Virus record (IMG/VR): IMGVR_UViG_3300025653_000029
From: an uncultured virus (IMG/VR IMGVR_UViG_3300025653_000029)
Taxonomy: Duplodnaviria; Heunggongvirae; Uroviricota; Caudoviricetes
Length of the DNA: 64,000 bases
Strand: one strand, 5' to 3'
Shown: positions 50,094-58,279 of the stretch, piece by piece
Numbering within the stretch: position 1 is the stretch's first letter
Layout of the letters: each line of letters starts with the position of its first letter
Translations under genes and position numbers: made by a program
Notes under the pieces: model-generated
Database searches by the model: none
The model's input: only the letters and a program-made list of their open reading frames with translations
Told to the model about the DNA's origin: nothing

Positions 50094-51122
50094 ATGTTAA
50101 AAGTAGGCAAAGCAATGTGTTTTGATGATATTCTTCTTGTTCCACAAAAAAGCTCAATATCTTCAAGACACGAAGTTAATTTGTCAATGAGTATAGGTTA
50201 TAAAAAAAAGAAAATTAATCTAGAATTGCCTGTTATAGCAGCACCTATGGATACAGTTTGTGACACTGAAATGTGTATTGCTATGCATAATGCTGGCGGT
50301 ATAGGAATCCTTCATAGATATATGTCTTATCAAGAACAAATATTAAAGTCTCAAAACCTTTTAGAAAAAGAAATAAGATTTGGTGTTGCCCTTGCATCTA
50401 ATAATGGATATCTTGCTCAGGCAGATCATTTATATAATGTTGGAGTAAGAGTTTTTCTTGTTGATACTGCAAACGGTCATAGTACTTATGCTACTAAGGC
50501 AGTAGCACAACTTAGAAACGCATTTAAAGATGCACATATTATGGCTGGAAATGTTTCTACAAAAGACGGATTTTTAAGGTTGGCAGAAGCAGGAGCAGAC
50601 TCTGTTCGCGTAGGAATTGGTGGAGGGAGTGCCTGCACTACAAGAATGGTTAGTGGCCATGGAGTTCCAACATTACAATCAATTATGGATTGTGCAGAAA
50701 CATTTCAAGAATGTTCCATCATTGCTGATGGAGGAATAAGAACAAGTGGAGACATGGTTAAGTCTTTTGCTGCTGGTGCTGATGCAGTAATGATTGGATC
50801 AATGCTTGCTGGGACAGATGAGTCCCCAGGAGAAATACTAACAGATGCTGATGGTAGAGAGGTAAAAGCTTTCCGTGGCATGGCGAGTGCTTCTGCACAA
50901 AAAGATGCCACAGGAAAGGTTTCGGTAGCAGAAGGTATATCTACTACTGTTCCATACAAGGGTTCTGTTGCACACATTCTTAATCAAATTCGTGGTGGAC
51001 TAGGTAGTGGATGCTCTTATAGCGGAGCAGAGAATCTTTCATGCCTTGAAGAATATTCAGAATATGTAACGGTATCAGCATTAAGTATAAATGAATCAAT
51101 TCCACATGCAAAAATAGGATAG
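50094..51122 (+). CDS. guaB: IMP dehydrogenase / GMP reductase family, no CBS domains
   Basis: 'FDDILLVP', 'AAPMDTV', 'DTANGH', catalytic '[11 protein letters not shown]', 'IADGGI', 'FRGMAS', 'AEG'. Confidence 0.88.
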   Translation: MLKVGKAMCFDDILLVPQKSSISSRHEVNLSMSIGYKKKKINLELPVIAAPMDTVCDTEMCIAMHNAGGIGILHRYMSYQEQILKSQNLLEKEIRFGVALASNNGYLAQADHLYNVGVRVFLVDTANGHSTYATKAVAQLRNAFKDAHIMAGNVSTKDGFLRLAEAGADSVRVGIGGGSACTTRMVSGHGVPTLQSIMDCAETFQECSIIADGGIRTSGDMVKSFAAGADAVMIGSMLAGTDESPGEILTDADGREVKAFRGMASASAQKDATGKVSVAEGISTTVPYKGSVAHILNQIRGGLGSGCSYSGAENLSCLEEYSEYVTVSALSINESIPHAKIG

Positions 51123-51131
51123 AATATATAC

Positions 51132-51500
51132 ATGTCAAATTATGATAAAGAAGCGCAAGACCTGATAGAATTCCTTATTAAAATGGGAATACTAAAGCCC
51201 TTAGGATATGATGAAAGTATTGGTGACGAAATGTATCTTGTGTCACAAGAAACACAAAATCTTATGCCAGAGCTTGCAAAAATGCAACAACAAGAGCTAA
51301 ATGCCACAGTGTTTGATCTATGGAGTATAGACATGATTGATGTTACTTTTGGTGAAGATGGCGAGCCTATGATTGGACTTAATAAAAATAGTACAGATAT
51401 AAACAAAATAGAGGCAATAGAGGATGAAAAGTTAAGAAATCAAATGTATTTTATAGTTTCTATTTTTTCTAAATATTTTGATGAAAATGAGAAACAATGA
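51132..51500 (+). CDS. hypothetical protein
   Basis: 122-aa ORF in the operon. Confidence 0.6.
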   Translation: MSNYDKEAQDLIEFLIKMGILKPLGYDESIGDEMYLVSQETQNLMPELAKMQQQELNATVFDLWSIDMIDVTFGEDGEPMIGLNKNSTDINKIEAIEDEKLRNQMYFIVSIFSKYFDENEKQ

Positions 51501-51512
51501 TATAATTGTCCT

Positions 51513-52691
51513 ATGCCATGGGAAATTAGGCGCAATTATGGTGGCTGTTCTGGATACGCAGTAGTAAAGCTACCAGACGGCTCAGTTTCTGGTTGTCATA
51601 CAACTAGAGCGTCTGCAAGGGCACAGTTAGCAGCATTATATGCATCTGAGCCAGAGGCTGCTCAAAAAGATGTTATAACAAATGAAACTACCCCCAATAA
51701 ATACCCACAATACATTGGACCTAAAAAGAAAAAGAAAAGGGAATTTATGGATACAACAAAATCAATGCATGAAGAAGAGCGTCTTTATGACATGCTCACT
51801 CCAGAAGAGAAAGCATATCACGATGCACTCGTTGGTATTGCAGAAGATTTTGGTCCCTTTGATCAGGGCGCATCAAGTATATGGGTTGGATATGAATCTG
51901 CTGCAGAAAATGAAGATGCAGCGATAGGAGTAAAGTGTGGCAATTGTTCATTTCATGTTGAACAAGAAAACGGAACTATCGCTTGTAAGCTCGTATCATT
52001 TCTCGTAGAGGAAGAGGCAAAGTGCAGACTTGCTGCAATTCCAGATGGACTAGTAAATACAGGAATGGAAACACCAACTATGAACAGAGATCAAATGCAG
52101 GAATTTGTTGATGACATGATGGAAAGAATTGGCAAGGCAGAAGGCGTAAGAGTCGGAGACATGGTTTCCTGGAATTCTAGTGGCGGTAGGGCAAGTGGCA
52201 AGGTAACCAGAGTTATTCGTAATGGAAAATACAATGTTCCAAATTCAGACTTTACCATTACTGGAACTCCAGATGATCCAGCAGTAGCAATCAGAGTTTA
52301 CAGAAATGGAGAACCAACAGACACCGTGGTTGGTCATAAAATGAGTACTTTAAGGAGGGTAGGTAAATCAATGAACCAAGATATTAATGATGCAATGGAA
52401 ATTCTAAAGTCCATTAACAAAGCTCATCATGACATGAAAGAAGAGGCCAAGGCACATAGCATGAAAGAAGAAGAGAAGTCAATGCATGATGATGAGGAAG
52501 ACGAAGAGATGCAGCAAAAGGGATACAAGGATAAGGAGAACAAGTCAATTGATTCAGATTCTGCTCACAAGACAGATGTACCAGCAGATCTTTCTTCCAT
52601 CTTTGCCAATCCTCCAAAGCAGGCTAGGAGAGCAACAACAGGTGGAAAGTCTCCAATATCTCTTAATCTTTTTAGAGGAGAAGAAAAATAA
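51513..52691 (+). CDS. multidomain protein: N-terminal MPW...CH motif, Cys-cluster domain, DUF2945/Tudor-like domain, acidic tail
   Basis: 'VRVGDMVSWNSSGGRASGKVTRV...TVVGHKMSTL' and 'CGNCSF...C...C'. Leaderless TATAAT-6-ATG. Confidence 0.6.
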   Translation: MPWEIRRNYGGCSGYAVVKLPDGSVSGCHTTRASARAQLAALYASEPEAAQKDVITNETTPNKYPQYIGPKKKKKREFMDTTKSMHEEERLYDMLTPEEKAYHDALVGIAEDFGPFDQGASSIWVGYESAAENEDAAIGVKCGNCSFHVEQENGTIACKLVSFLVEEEAKCRLAAIPDGLVNTGMETPTMNRDQMQEFVDDMMERIGKAEGVRVGDMVSWNSSGGRASGKVTRVIRNGKYNVPNSDFTITGTPDDPAVAIRVYRNGEPTDTVVGHKMSTLRRVGKSMNQDINDAMEILKSINKAHHDMKEEAKAHSMKEEEKSMHDDEEDEEMQQKGYKDKENKSIDSDSAHKTDVPADLSSIFANPPKQARRATTGGKSPISLNLFRGEEK

Positions 52692-52693
52692 CA

Positions 52694-53086
52694 ATGGACT
52701 TCTATAAAGAAGAAACATACACACCAACTTCTGGAATGAAGGCTGCCGCAAGGCGTGCTTTAAAATGGAAAGAGCAAGGTAAAGCAACGGGAGCGGGAAC
52801 ACCAGTAGGCTGGGGTAGAGCAAGCGATATTGTCGCAGGAAGATCAATGTCTTTGTCTACAGTAAAAAGAATGTACTCTTTCTTTTCACGACATGAAGTT
52901 GATAAGAAAGGTAAGGATTTTTACAATACTTCCAACCCATCTAACGGTCGTATCATGTGGGATGCCTGGGGCGGGGATGCAGGATTTTCTTGGTCTAGGA
53001 AGATTGTAGAGAGAGCCAAGGCCAAGAAAGATGTTTGGCAAGACTCTGCGTTTTCCTTTACCAAAAAACTTGACAACGAACAATAA
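52694..53086 (+). CDS. conserved phage protein (TPT...ARRAL...GTPVGWGRA...AWGG motif)
   Basis: A motif I recognise from phage head-associated proteins; function unknown. Confidence 0.55.
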   Translation: MDFYKEETYTPTSGMKAAARRALKWKEQGKATGAGTPVGWGRASDIVAGRSMSLSTVKRMYSFFSRHEVDKKGKDFYNTSNPSNGRIMWDAWGGDAGFSWSRKIVERAKAKKDVWQDSAFSFTKKLDNEQ

Positions 53087-53098
53087 CCAATGTATTCT
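53070..53098 (+). promoter_or_regulatory. promoter
   Basis: TTGACA-17 bp-TATTCT. Confidence 0.65.
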
Positions 53099-53121
53099 TT
53101 ACTTCTAAAGAAGGAGAGATA

Positions 53122-53280
53122 ATGAATGAGAATGAACAAATTCTACAGGCTATGGTTGAGTATTATCGTAACAAATGTAGTAAACTTGAGCATGATTTTC
53201 TTGTCTATAAAATCAACTCTCAAAGAATCATTCAAACACTCAACGAAAATAAATCAGATGAGTCGTCTTCAGCAGAATGA
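53122..53280 (+). CDS. 52-aa coiled-coil protein (not in the ORF track)
   Basis: AAGGAG RBS; MNENEQILQAMVEYYRNKCSKLEHDF... Confidence 0.6.
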   Translation: MNENEQILQAMVEYYRNKCSKLEHDFLVYKINSQRIIQTLNENKSDESSSAE

Positions 53281-53494
53281 CATGCAGACTCAATCTCAAA
53301 AACTAAGAAAGAAGTATGTCGTGACTGTTGCTATTGTAGGAGAAAAGGCTTATTGGGTTCATCAAAACATTTTCTATGAAACAGAAATAGTTGATGGAGA
53401 AATTGATAAAGATTCTGCACGACCAATTGACGCTCATAACTTGTCAAAGAAACAGTTTAACGAACTGCTTGACATACTAGACAGTATTTCATAA
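53258..53494 (+). CDS. hypothetical protein, paralog of the next gene
   Basis: Restart at MSRLQQ...; shares a YW...Y...IDK.SA..ID motif with 53499-53801. Confidence 0.55.
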   Translation: MSRLQQNDMQTQSQKLRKKYVVTVAIVGEKAYWVHQNIFYETEIVDGEIDKDSARPIDAHNLSKKQFNELLDILDSIS

Positions 53495-53498
53495 TATC

Positions 53499-53801
53499 AT
53501 GAACGATTACATGTTTTTTGTTTGGGTTATTATTGCTATTGTTCAGGTAGTTTTATTTTCATTTTACCTTGGAAAAATATCAAAGAATGATCAAAAAATA
53601 TTTGAAGAATCTATTGACATAATTCCGATTTGTAACTATAATGGATATAATTATTGGCTAGAAGAAACTGGCTTATATAGATTGCAAGAAAACAACAAAA
53701 TAGATAAAAAATCTGCTGAAAGAATAGATCAGGTGAATACAAAAGATCTGTCTCCAGTAGAAGTTATCTACATAGTAGAAACAATAAGGGAGCAAAGATG
53801 A
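53499..53801 (+). CDS. membrane-anchored hypothetical protein
   Basis: N-terminal TM helix plus the paralogous domain. Confidence 0.6.
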   Translation: MNDYMFFVWVIIAIVQVVLFSFYLGKISKNDQKIFEESIDIIPICNYNGYNYWLEETGLYRLQENNKIDKKSAERIDQVNTKDLSPVEVIYIVETIREQR

Positions 53802-54145
53802 TTATTGCAGTTCAGGGTACAAAAAGATTTCAAGACTATGATACCTTTATGCGTGCCATGGGAGTAGCATTGTCTCAGCCAAATAATGAAAGCATAATTG
53901 AGGTCTGGTCTGCTGGCCCACACAAAATAAATTCATTTACTGCTGCCTTTTGCAACTCTGCAGAAAACTATTTGAAGCAAAAAGGTTTTAAGGTTGTCTT
54001 TAAGAAGCTCCCAGAGAATTATATTGAAGAGAACATTGACTATGTTTCTTATCTTGCCTTCTTTAGTAAAAAGAATGAGAATCAATCTAAGCTTGTGAGC
54101 ATTGCAGAACTGGCAGACATTGAAGTTGGCATTTACAGGGATTAA
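53798..54145 (+). CDS. YspA/SLOG-like protein
   Basis: 'MIIAVQGTKRFQDYDTF' matches the SLOG GxRxFxDY-type start. Confidence 0.5.
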   Translation: MIIAVQGTKRFQDYDTFMRAMGVALSQPNNESIIEVWSAGPHKINSFTAAFCNSAENYLKQKGFKVVFKKLPENYIEENIDYVSYLAFFSKKNENQSKLVSIAELADIEVGIYRD

Positions 54146-54146
54146 T

Positions 54147-54515
54147 ATGTTGAGCAATAAAGATGTTTCTTATCTTAATCTTGCACGATCCTTGGCAGAA
54201 AGATCTGAGGAAAATAAAAGGCATGGTGCTGTCGTAATCAAATCTGGAAGAGTCGTTGGCTATGGTTTTAACAAGTTTAAAAATCATACAGACCTGTTTC
54301 CAGAGGAACTAATTAAGGTTCATTGTTCACGACATGCAGAAGAAGTTGCAATTAAAACCGCTGGACAAAATGCAAAGGGAGCGATTCTTTATGTTGCAAG
54401 AGTAAATAGGCAAGGTATAGATAGAAATAGTAAGCCATGCAAGATATGTGCAGACCTTATTAAAAACTCTGGAATTAAAAAGGTTATTTATACCATGGAG
54501 GAAACATGTCACTAA
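54147..54515 (+). CDS. Zn-dependent cytidine/dCMP deaminase family protein
   Basis: 'HGAVVIK', 'HAEE', 'PCKIC'. Confidence 0.85.
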   Translation: MLSNKDVSYLNLARSLAERSEENKRHGAVVIKSGRVVGYGFNKFKNHTDLFPEELIKVHCSRHAEEVAIKTAGQNAKGAILYVARVNRQGIDRNSKPCKICADLIKNSGIKKVIYTMEETCH

Positions 54516-54781
54516 CTTCCTGGTCATTAGTATTCTTTGGTAGTCAGGCTTTGCTGTATTTAAGTATTTACTTTGCTATGTTTAGTTCACCGCCAGCACT
54601 ATCAAAATTTATTATCGCTGGACTGCTTTGGTTTGTTCAACTATTTGTAACTCTAATATATGGAATGTCAACAGGGCAGATAGGCTTTGTAATGATGTTC
54701 TTTTTAGAAATAGCGATGATAATGTTCGTATACATCGTAACAGGAAAGATGAAATACAATGAGGATAAAGAGCTTAACTGA
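54506..54781 (+). CDS. small membrane protein with 3 TM segments (holin candidate)
   Basis: Three hydrophobic segments and a charged C-terminus. Confidence 0.45.
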   Translation: MSLTSWSLVFFGSQALLYLSIYFAMFSSPPALSKFIIAGLLWFVQLFVTLIYGMSTGQIGFVMMFFLEIAMIMFVYIVTGKMKYNEDKELN

Positions 54782-54974
54782 AGTAGAAATAATAGTAGAA
54801 AACAATCCCAACCTTTCCTGGGATGGATGGGATGTAATATATGTTGTTCAAGATGACTATGCAGAATTTCTACACATAGGATTTTTTGATAAAGAGTCTG
54901 GGAAATGGTATAAAAAGTTCATATTTTCCTGTGATTCTGAAGGCTGGGATATTCCAGATTCGGTGATAATATGA
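54759..54974 (+). CDS. hypothetical protein
   Basis: 'LSWDGWDV'; coupled. Confidence 0.6.
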   Translation: MRIKSLTEVEIIVENNPNLSWDGWDVIYVVQDDYAEFLHIGFFDKESGKWYKKFIFSCDSEGWDIPDSVII

Positions 54975-55255
54975 GTAAAGAGTGGCAACAAAAAGCTAGA
55001 TGCCTTGACATGAATACCAATTACTTTTTTGATAAATACGAAGAAGATGTAGACTTTCGTAGTGGAATAGACTCTTTATGTAAATCTTGCCCCGTACAAA
55101 GAGAATGCCTAGCTTCTGGAGTAAGCAGACAAGAGTGGGGTGTTTGGGGTGGAGTTTATTTTGAAAAAGGAAAAATATCAAGGGAATTCAATAATCATAA
55201 AAAAAAGGAAGAGTGGTTTGATATCTGGAAGTTCTTGACAATGGAGGTCCAATGA
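54971..55255 (+). CDS. whiB: WhiB-family Fe-S transcription factor
   Basis: W...A.C...FF...CxxCPV..EC...GVWGG, with four conserved Cys. Confidence 0.88.
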   Translation: MSKEWQQKARCLDMNTNYFFDKYEEDVDFRSGIDSLCKSCPVQRECLASGVSRQEWGVWGGVYFEKGKISREFNNHKKKEEWFDIWKFLTMEVQ

Positions 55256-55545
55256 TATATACTTCAAAAATGAAGTCAGCAGTAAAGTCAATTAAACCAC
55301 CACACGACTTTATAGTAGATATTGTAGAGTATGACATGAAGGGTCATGAATTCATTGGCATTAGGTTTTATGAAAGCCAATGGGAGTATTATAATGAGAA
55401 GGAAAGGCTTGATTGCATATTGTATTTAGATAAGATTAAGTCTATAATAGAGAGATTCGGTGTCAGGACTACACTAGATCCTGTCATTGATACGGGTAAC
55501 AACCTGCCCACTAATAAAAAGATACGAGGAAAAGGAATAATATAA
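55252..55545 (+). CDS. hypothetical protein
   Basis: ATGA overlap with whiB; GGAGG RBS. Confidence 0.6.
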   Translation: MIYTSKMKSAVKSIKPPHDFIVDIVEYDMKGHEFIGIRFYESQWEYYNEKERLDCILYLDKIKSIIERFGVRTTLDPVIDTGNNLPTNKKIRGKGII

Positions 55546-55913
55546 TGAGTATGATTACGGTAGTTGGAAATTTGGTTGCCGATCCAGAATTAAAAACAGT
55601 TGCTGGACACAAGCTATCTAAGTTGCGTGTTGCAAGTAATGAGCGCATCAAGGATAGCAATGGTCAATGGAAGGATGGAGACACCACCTACATTGATGTT
55701 ACCTGCTGGCGTAGGCTTGCAGAGGGTTCTGAGTCACTTAAAAAGGGACAAAAAATTATTGTTCATGGAAAGCTAAAGGGCCGTTCTTTTGAGCGTAGTG
55801 ATGGATCTAAGGGCTATGCATATCAGATTGAGGCAACAGACATTGGAGCCTCTGTTATGGCAAAGAGCACCTCTACAAATGTAGAACCAGATCTAGACAG
55901 TCCATGGGAATAA
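55545..55913 (+). CDS. ssb: bacterial-type single-stranded DNA-binding protein
   Basis: 'ITVVGNLVADPEL', 'WKDGDTTYIDVTCWRRLAE', 'LKKGQKIIVHGKL', acidic tail. Confidence 0.88.
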   Translation: MSMITVVGNLVADPELKTVAGHKLSKLRVASNERIKDSNGQWKDGDTTYIDVTCWRRLAEGSESLKKGQKIIVHGKLKGRSFERSDGSKGYAYQIEATDIGASVMAKSTSTNVEPDLDSPWE

Positions 55914-55914
55914 T

Positions 55915-56193
55915 ATGGACACTGAAACCAAATGTTTAATTCTTGAAGAGCTTTCTAAAGCTTTTACTTTTGGGGAATTGGACAGGGAGTTTTTTTCAGA
56001 ATTCATAATATATAATGATCTAGGTCTTCCACTAGCGCAAATGGTTGCCTACGATCTTGGAACTTTAAATAATGATGGGAAAAAAATAATAGATGAAACA
56101 TGGCTATCATTGTGTAATCTATTAAATTTAGACCCAACAGAAGAGTTTCAAAATATTGATGATATGCTAGATGAGTATGAGTCAGATGATTAA
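55915..56193 (+). CDS. hypothetical protein
   Basis: 'FIIYNDLGLPLA...IDETW' motif. Confidence 0.6.
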   Translation: MDTETKCLILEELSKAFTFGELDREFFSEFIIYNDLGLPLAQMVAYDLGTLNNDGKKIIDETWLSLCNLLNLDPTEEFQNIDDMLDEYESDD

Positions 56194-56918
56194 TTTACTG
56201 TTGCTAGGAAATTACCCTGATCATCTAGTCTAGAAATATTGTATCCAAAATCTCTTAACAGAGATTCAGATGTTGGAGGGGTTTGAATTCCAAGATCTGC
56301 CAATGTAGACTTTGAAATAGTTTTATGATTATGTTCAAATACTATTGTTGGCATACATTCTTTTATGGTTTTTTGTGCACCTAAAAGAACTAAGGGTTCA
56401 AATCCCTCCACATCTATTTTCATAAAATCAACATTCGATAGATCTAGCGAATCAATCGTAATGATATTGGTAGCCTCTCCACCCTTGCCCATTTGTAGTC
56501 CACCAAGATTATATCTTTTTTCTGTTCCATAACCTATTTCTCTATTTGCATTCTCACCATCAATAGATGAATTACTCATTGTAAATATTCTATTTTCATG
56601 TCCAACGGCACAGTTATATATGTGAACATTGTCAAAATTATTTTGCTCTACATTATGGGTAAGCAAGTCTGACATTTTTCTTTGTGGCTCAAAGGCAAAT
56701 ATCTCAGAACTTGGATTTAGATATTTATACAATATTGTATGAGATCCAGCATGTGCACCTATGTCAAGAATAGTTTTACTACTCTTTATATATGGTGCAA
56801 GTTTATTTAATACTAAGCCTTGCTCATATATCTTTCCATTATTTAATGTATCAGCAAATACCTGATCATTTTTATAATAGGCTATGTATCCGTAATCAGT
56901 TTTCTTTTCTATAATCAC
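56190..56918 (-). CDS. FkbM-family SAM methyltransferase
   Basis: 'ILDIGAHAGSH', 'AFEP', 'FMKIDVEGFE..VLLGA', 'PTIVFE'. Confidence 0.88.
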   Translation of the reverse strand: MIIEKKTDYGYIAYYKNDQVFADTLNNGKIYEQGLVLNKLAPYIKSSKTILDIGAHAGSHTILYKYLNPSSEIFAFEPQRKMSDLLTHNVEQNNFDNVHIYNCAVGHENRIFTMSNSSIDGENANREIGYGTEKRYNLGGLQMGKGGEATNIITIDSLDLSNVDFMKIDVEGFEPLVLLGAQKTIKECMPTIVFEHNHKTISKSTLADLGIQTPPTSESLLRDFGYNISRLDDQGNFLATVN

Positions 56919-56948
56919 AAGAAAATTGTATCATGCTATAATTTTTGC
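56919..56948. promoter_or_regulatory. back-to-back extended -10 leaderless promoters
   Basis: Plus strand: TGcTATAAT-6 nt-ATG(56949). Minus strand: TGaTACAAT-6 nt-GTG(56918). Confidence 0.7.
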
Positions 56949-57737
56949 ATGTTTAAACCCATACAATATGACAAGCATTTTGTTATCGGAACCCCCCTTG
57001 TTGGATGGAAAGTAGACAGAGGTGAGCATATGTACTGGTTACAGAATGCAAATAAGATTAGAGAAAAATTTCCCAACGCTGTTTACTTTGCTGCATTAGA
57101 GCTTGATCACAGAGGAATAGAGCCATTTAAGCCAATGATAGAAGTATTAGAATCTGTTGGCGGTAATTACTGGACATACACTATTGATGATAGGCAGGAG
57201 ACAGTAACATCTGGCAATCGCTGGATAAGAATTGAAACTGGTCGTAATCTTATTCGTGAGTTTGCACAAAGAAAAAGAGTAATGTCTGGAAATAATTGGG
57301 GAGAAGAAACAAAACAGTCAGTTGTAAATTTTGATGCGATTCTTTATATAGACTCAGACAATATTGTTACAACGGAAATTATAGAAAAAATGTTTGAAAT
57401 TGATAGACCACTTGTTGGTGTAGATGTTCCAGCATATGGGTTGAAGGGCGAAGTTGTAAATCAAAGACCAAGAATTGAGGAGCATTGGACAACTGCTGGA
57501 ATGCTGCTTGTTAATGCTCCAGCCTATTACGACCTACCCTGGTTTCATAATGCATACTTAAATCTTAGCGATGACCCAACATTCCAATCAGTTGCGAATA
57601 GACTAAAAAGGCGGGTAGGACAAGAAACATTTGAAGATACATATGGAATGACATGGGTAAGAAAAGATATCAAGTCTGAGCATAAGGGTCAATTAATTTC
57701 TGTAGAGAAAAGAAATATACCTAATAGAATTATTTAG
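56949..57737 (+). CDS. GT-A-like glycosyltransferase
   Basis: 'FVIGTPL', 'GRNL', DxD 'ILYIDSD', 'SDDP', C-terminal His. Confidence 0.55.
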   Translation: MFKPIQYDKHFVIGTPLVGWKVDRGEHMYWLQNANKIREKFPNAVYFAALELDHRGIEPFKPMIEVLESVGGNYWTYTIDDRQETVTSGNRWIRIETGRNLIREFAQRKRVMSGNNWGEETKQSVVNFDAILYIDSDNIVTTEIIEKMFEIDRPLVGVDVPAYGLKGEVVNQRPRIEEHWTTAGMLLVNAPAYYDLPWFHNAYLNLSDDPTFQSVANRLKRRVGQETFEDTYGMTWVRKDIKSEHKGQLISVEKRNIPNRII

Positions 57738-58257
57738 TTCTCTTGCCATTCTTTTTAATGCCAAGTAGCCTTTGTACTTCCTTAACATCTTTAAAGGTAG
57801 TATTTCTTTTAGCACCACGATCCCATGACTGAGAAAGTTCTGTGTGCATACCGTCTGGCTTTCTCCACCATTCACCATTTGCAAAAATTCTGTGACCATC
57901 CTTTGTCTTGTAACGATCAAGAATGCGGTTGAGGATCTTCATTTCTGATTGATTCATGTGTGGCTTACCGTCTGGCTTAAGAACATCGTATCTAAGGTCT
58001 ACGGCTGTTCCAGATGCGTGGTTTGAATAGTTTTTGGTATATCTAGAGTATCTGTAATTCCACCCGTCTACTGGACCTTTGTTTAGATTGAGTCTTTCTG
58101 GCATTTCAGCGTGCCAGTCTGCAAGAAATGCAGCAAAAACTGGAGCGATGCCACGACGAACACGAACGGTTCGATTAGTTCCTGGAATTTTAACAGCCTT
58201 AAGTCTTGGATCTGCCCATTTTGTAATTACGGGCCAGTTGTTTAATGATTTAGCCAT
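57730..58257 (-). CDS. peptidase M15 family cell-wall hydrolase (endolysin candidate)
   Basis: 'GWNYR...SNHASGTAVDL...DGMHTE' Zn ligands. Leaderless start at MAKSL. Confidence 0.8.
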   Translation of the reverse strand: MAKSLNNWPVITKWADPRLKAVKIPGTNRTVRVRRGIAPVFAAFLADWHAEMPERLNLNKGPVDGWNYRYSRYTKNYSNHASGTAVDLRYDVLKPDGKPHMNQSEMKILNRILDRYKTKDGHRIFANGEWWRKPDGMHTELSQSWDRGAKRNTTFKDVKEVQRLLGIKKNGKRTK

Positions 58258-58279
58258 ACAAATATTATACACTATACCT
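58258..58279. promoter_or_regulatory. overlapping divergent leaderless -10 elements
   Basis: Minus strand: TATAAT(58269-58264)-6 nt-ATG(58257). Plus strand: TACACT(58268-58273)-6 nt-ATG(58280). Confidence 0.6.

Noticed and set aside
53126..53257. Track start of ORF 53126-53494
   Set aside because: The RBS spacing fits ATG 53122 in another frame (a 52-aa ORF), so the downstream gene more likely starts at 53258. Not fully excluded.
58079..58279. N-terminal extension of the kinase ORF in the track
   Set aside because: It overlaps the M15 peptidase antisense. ATG 58280 has a correctly spaced -10.
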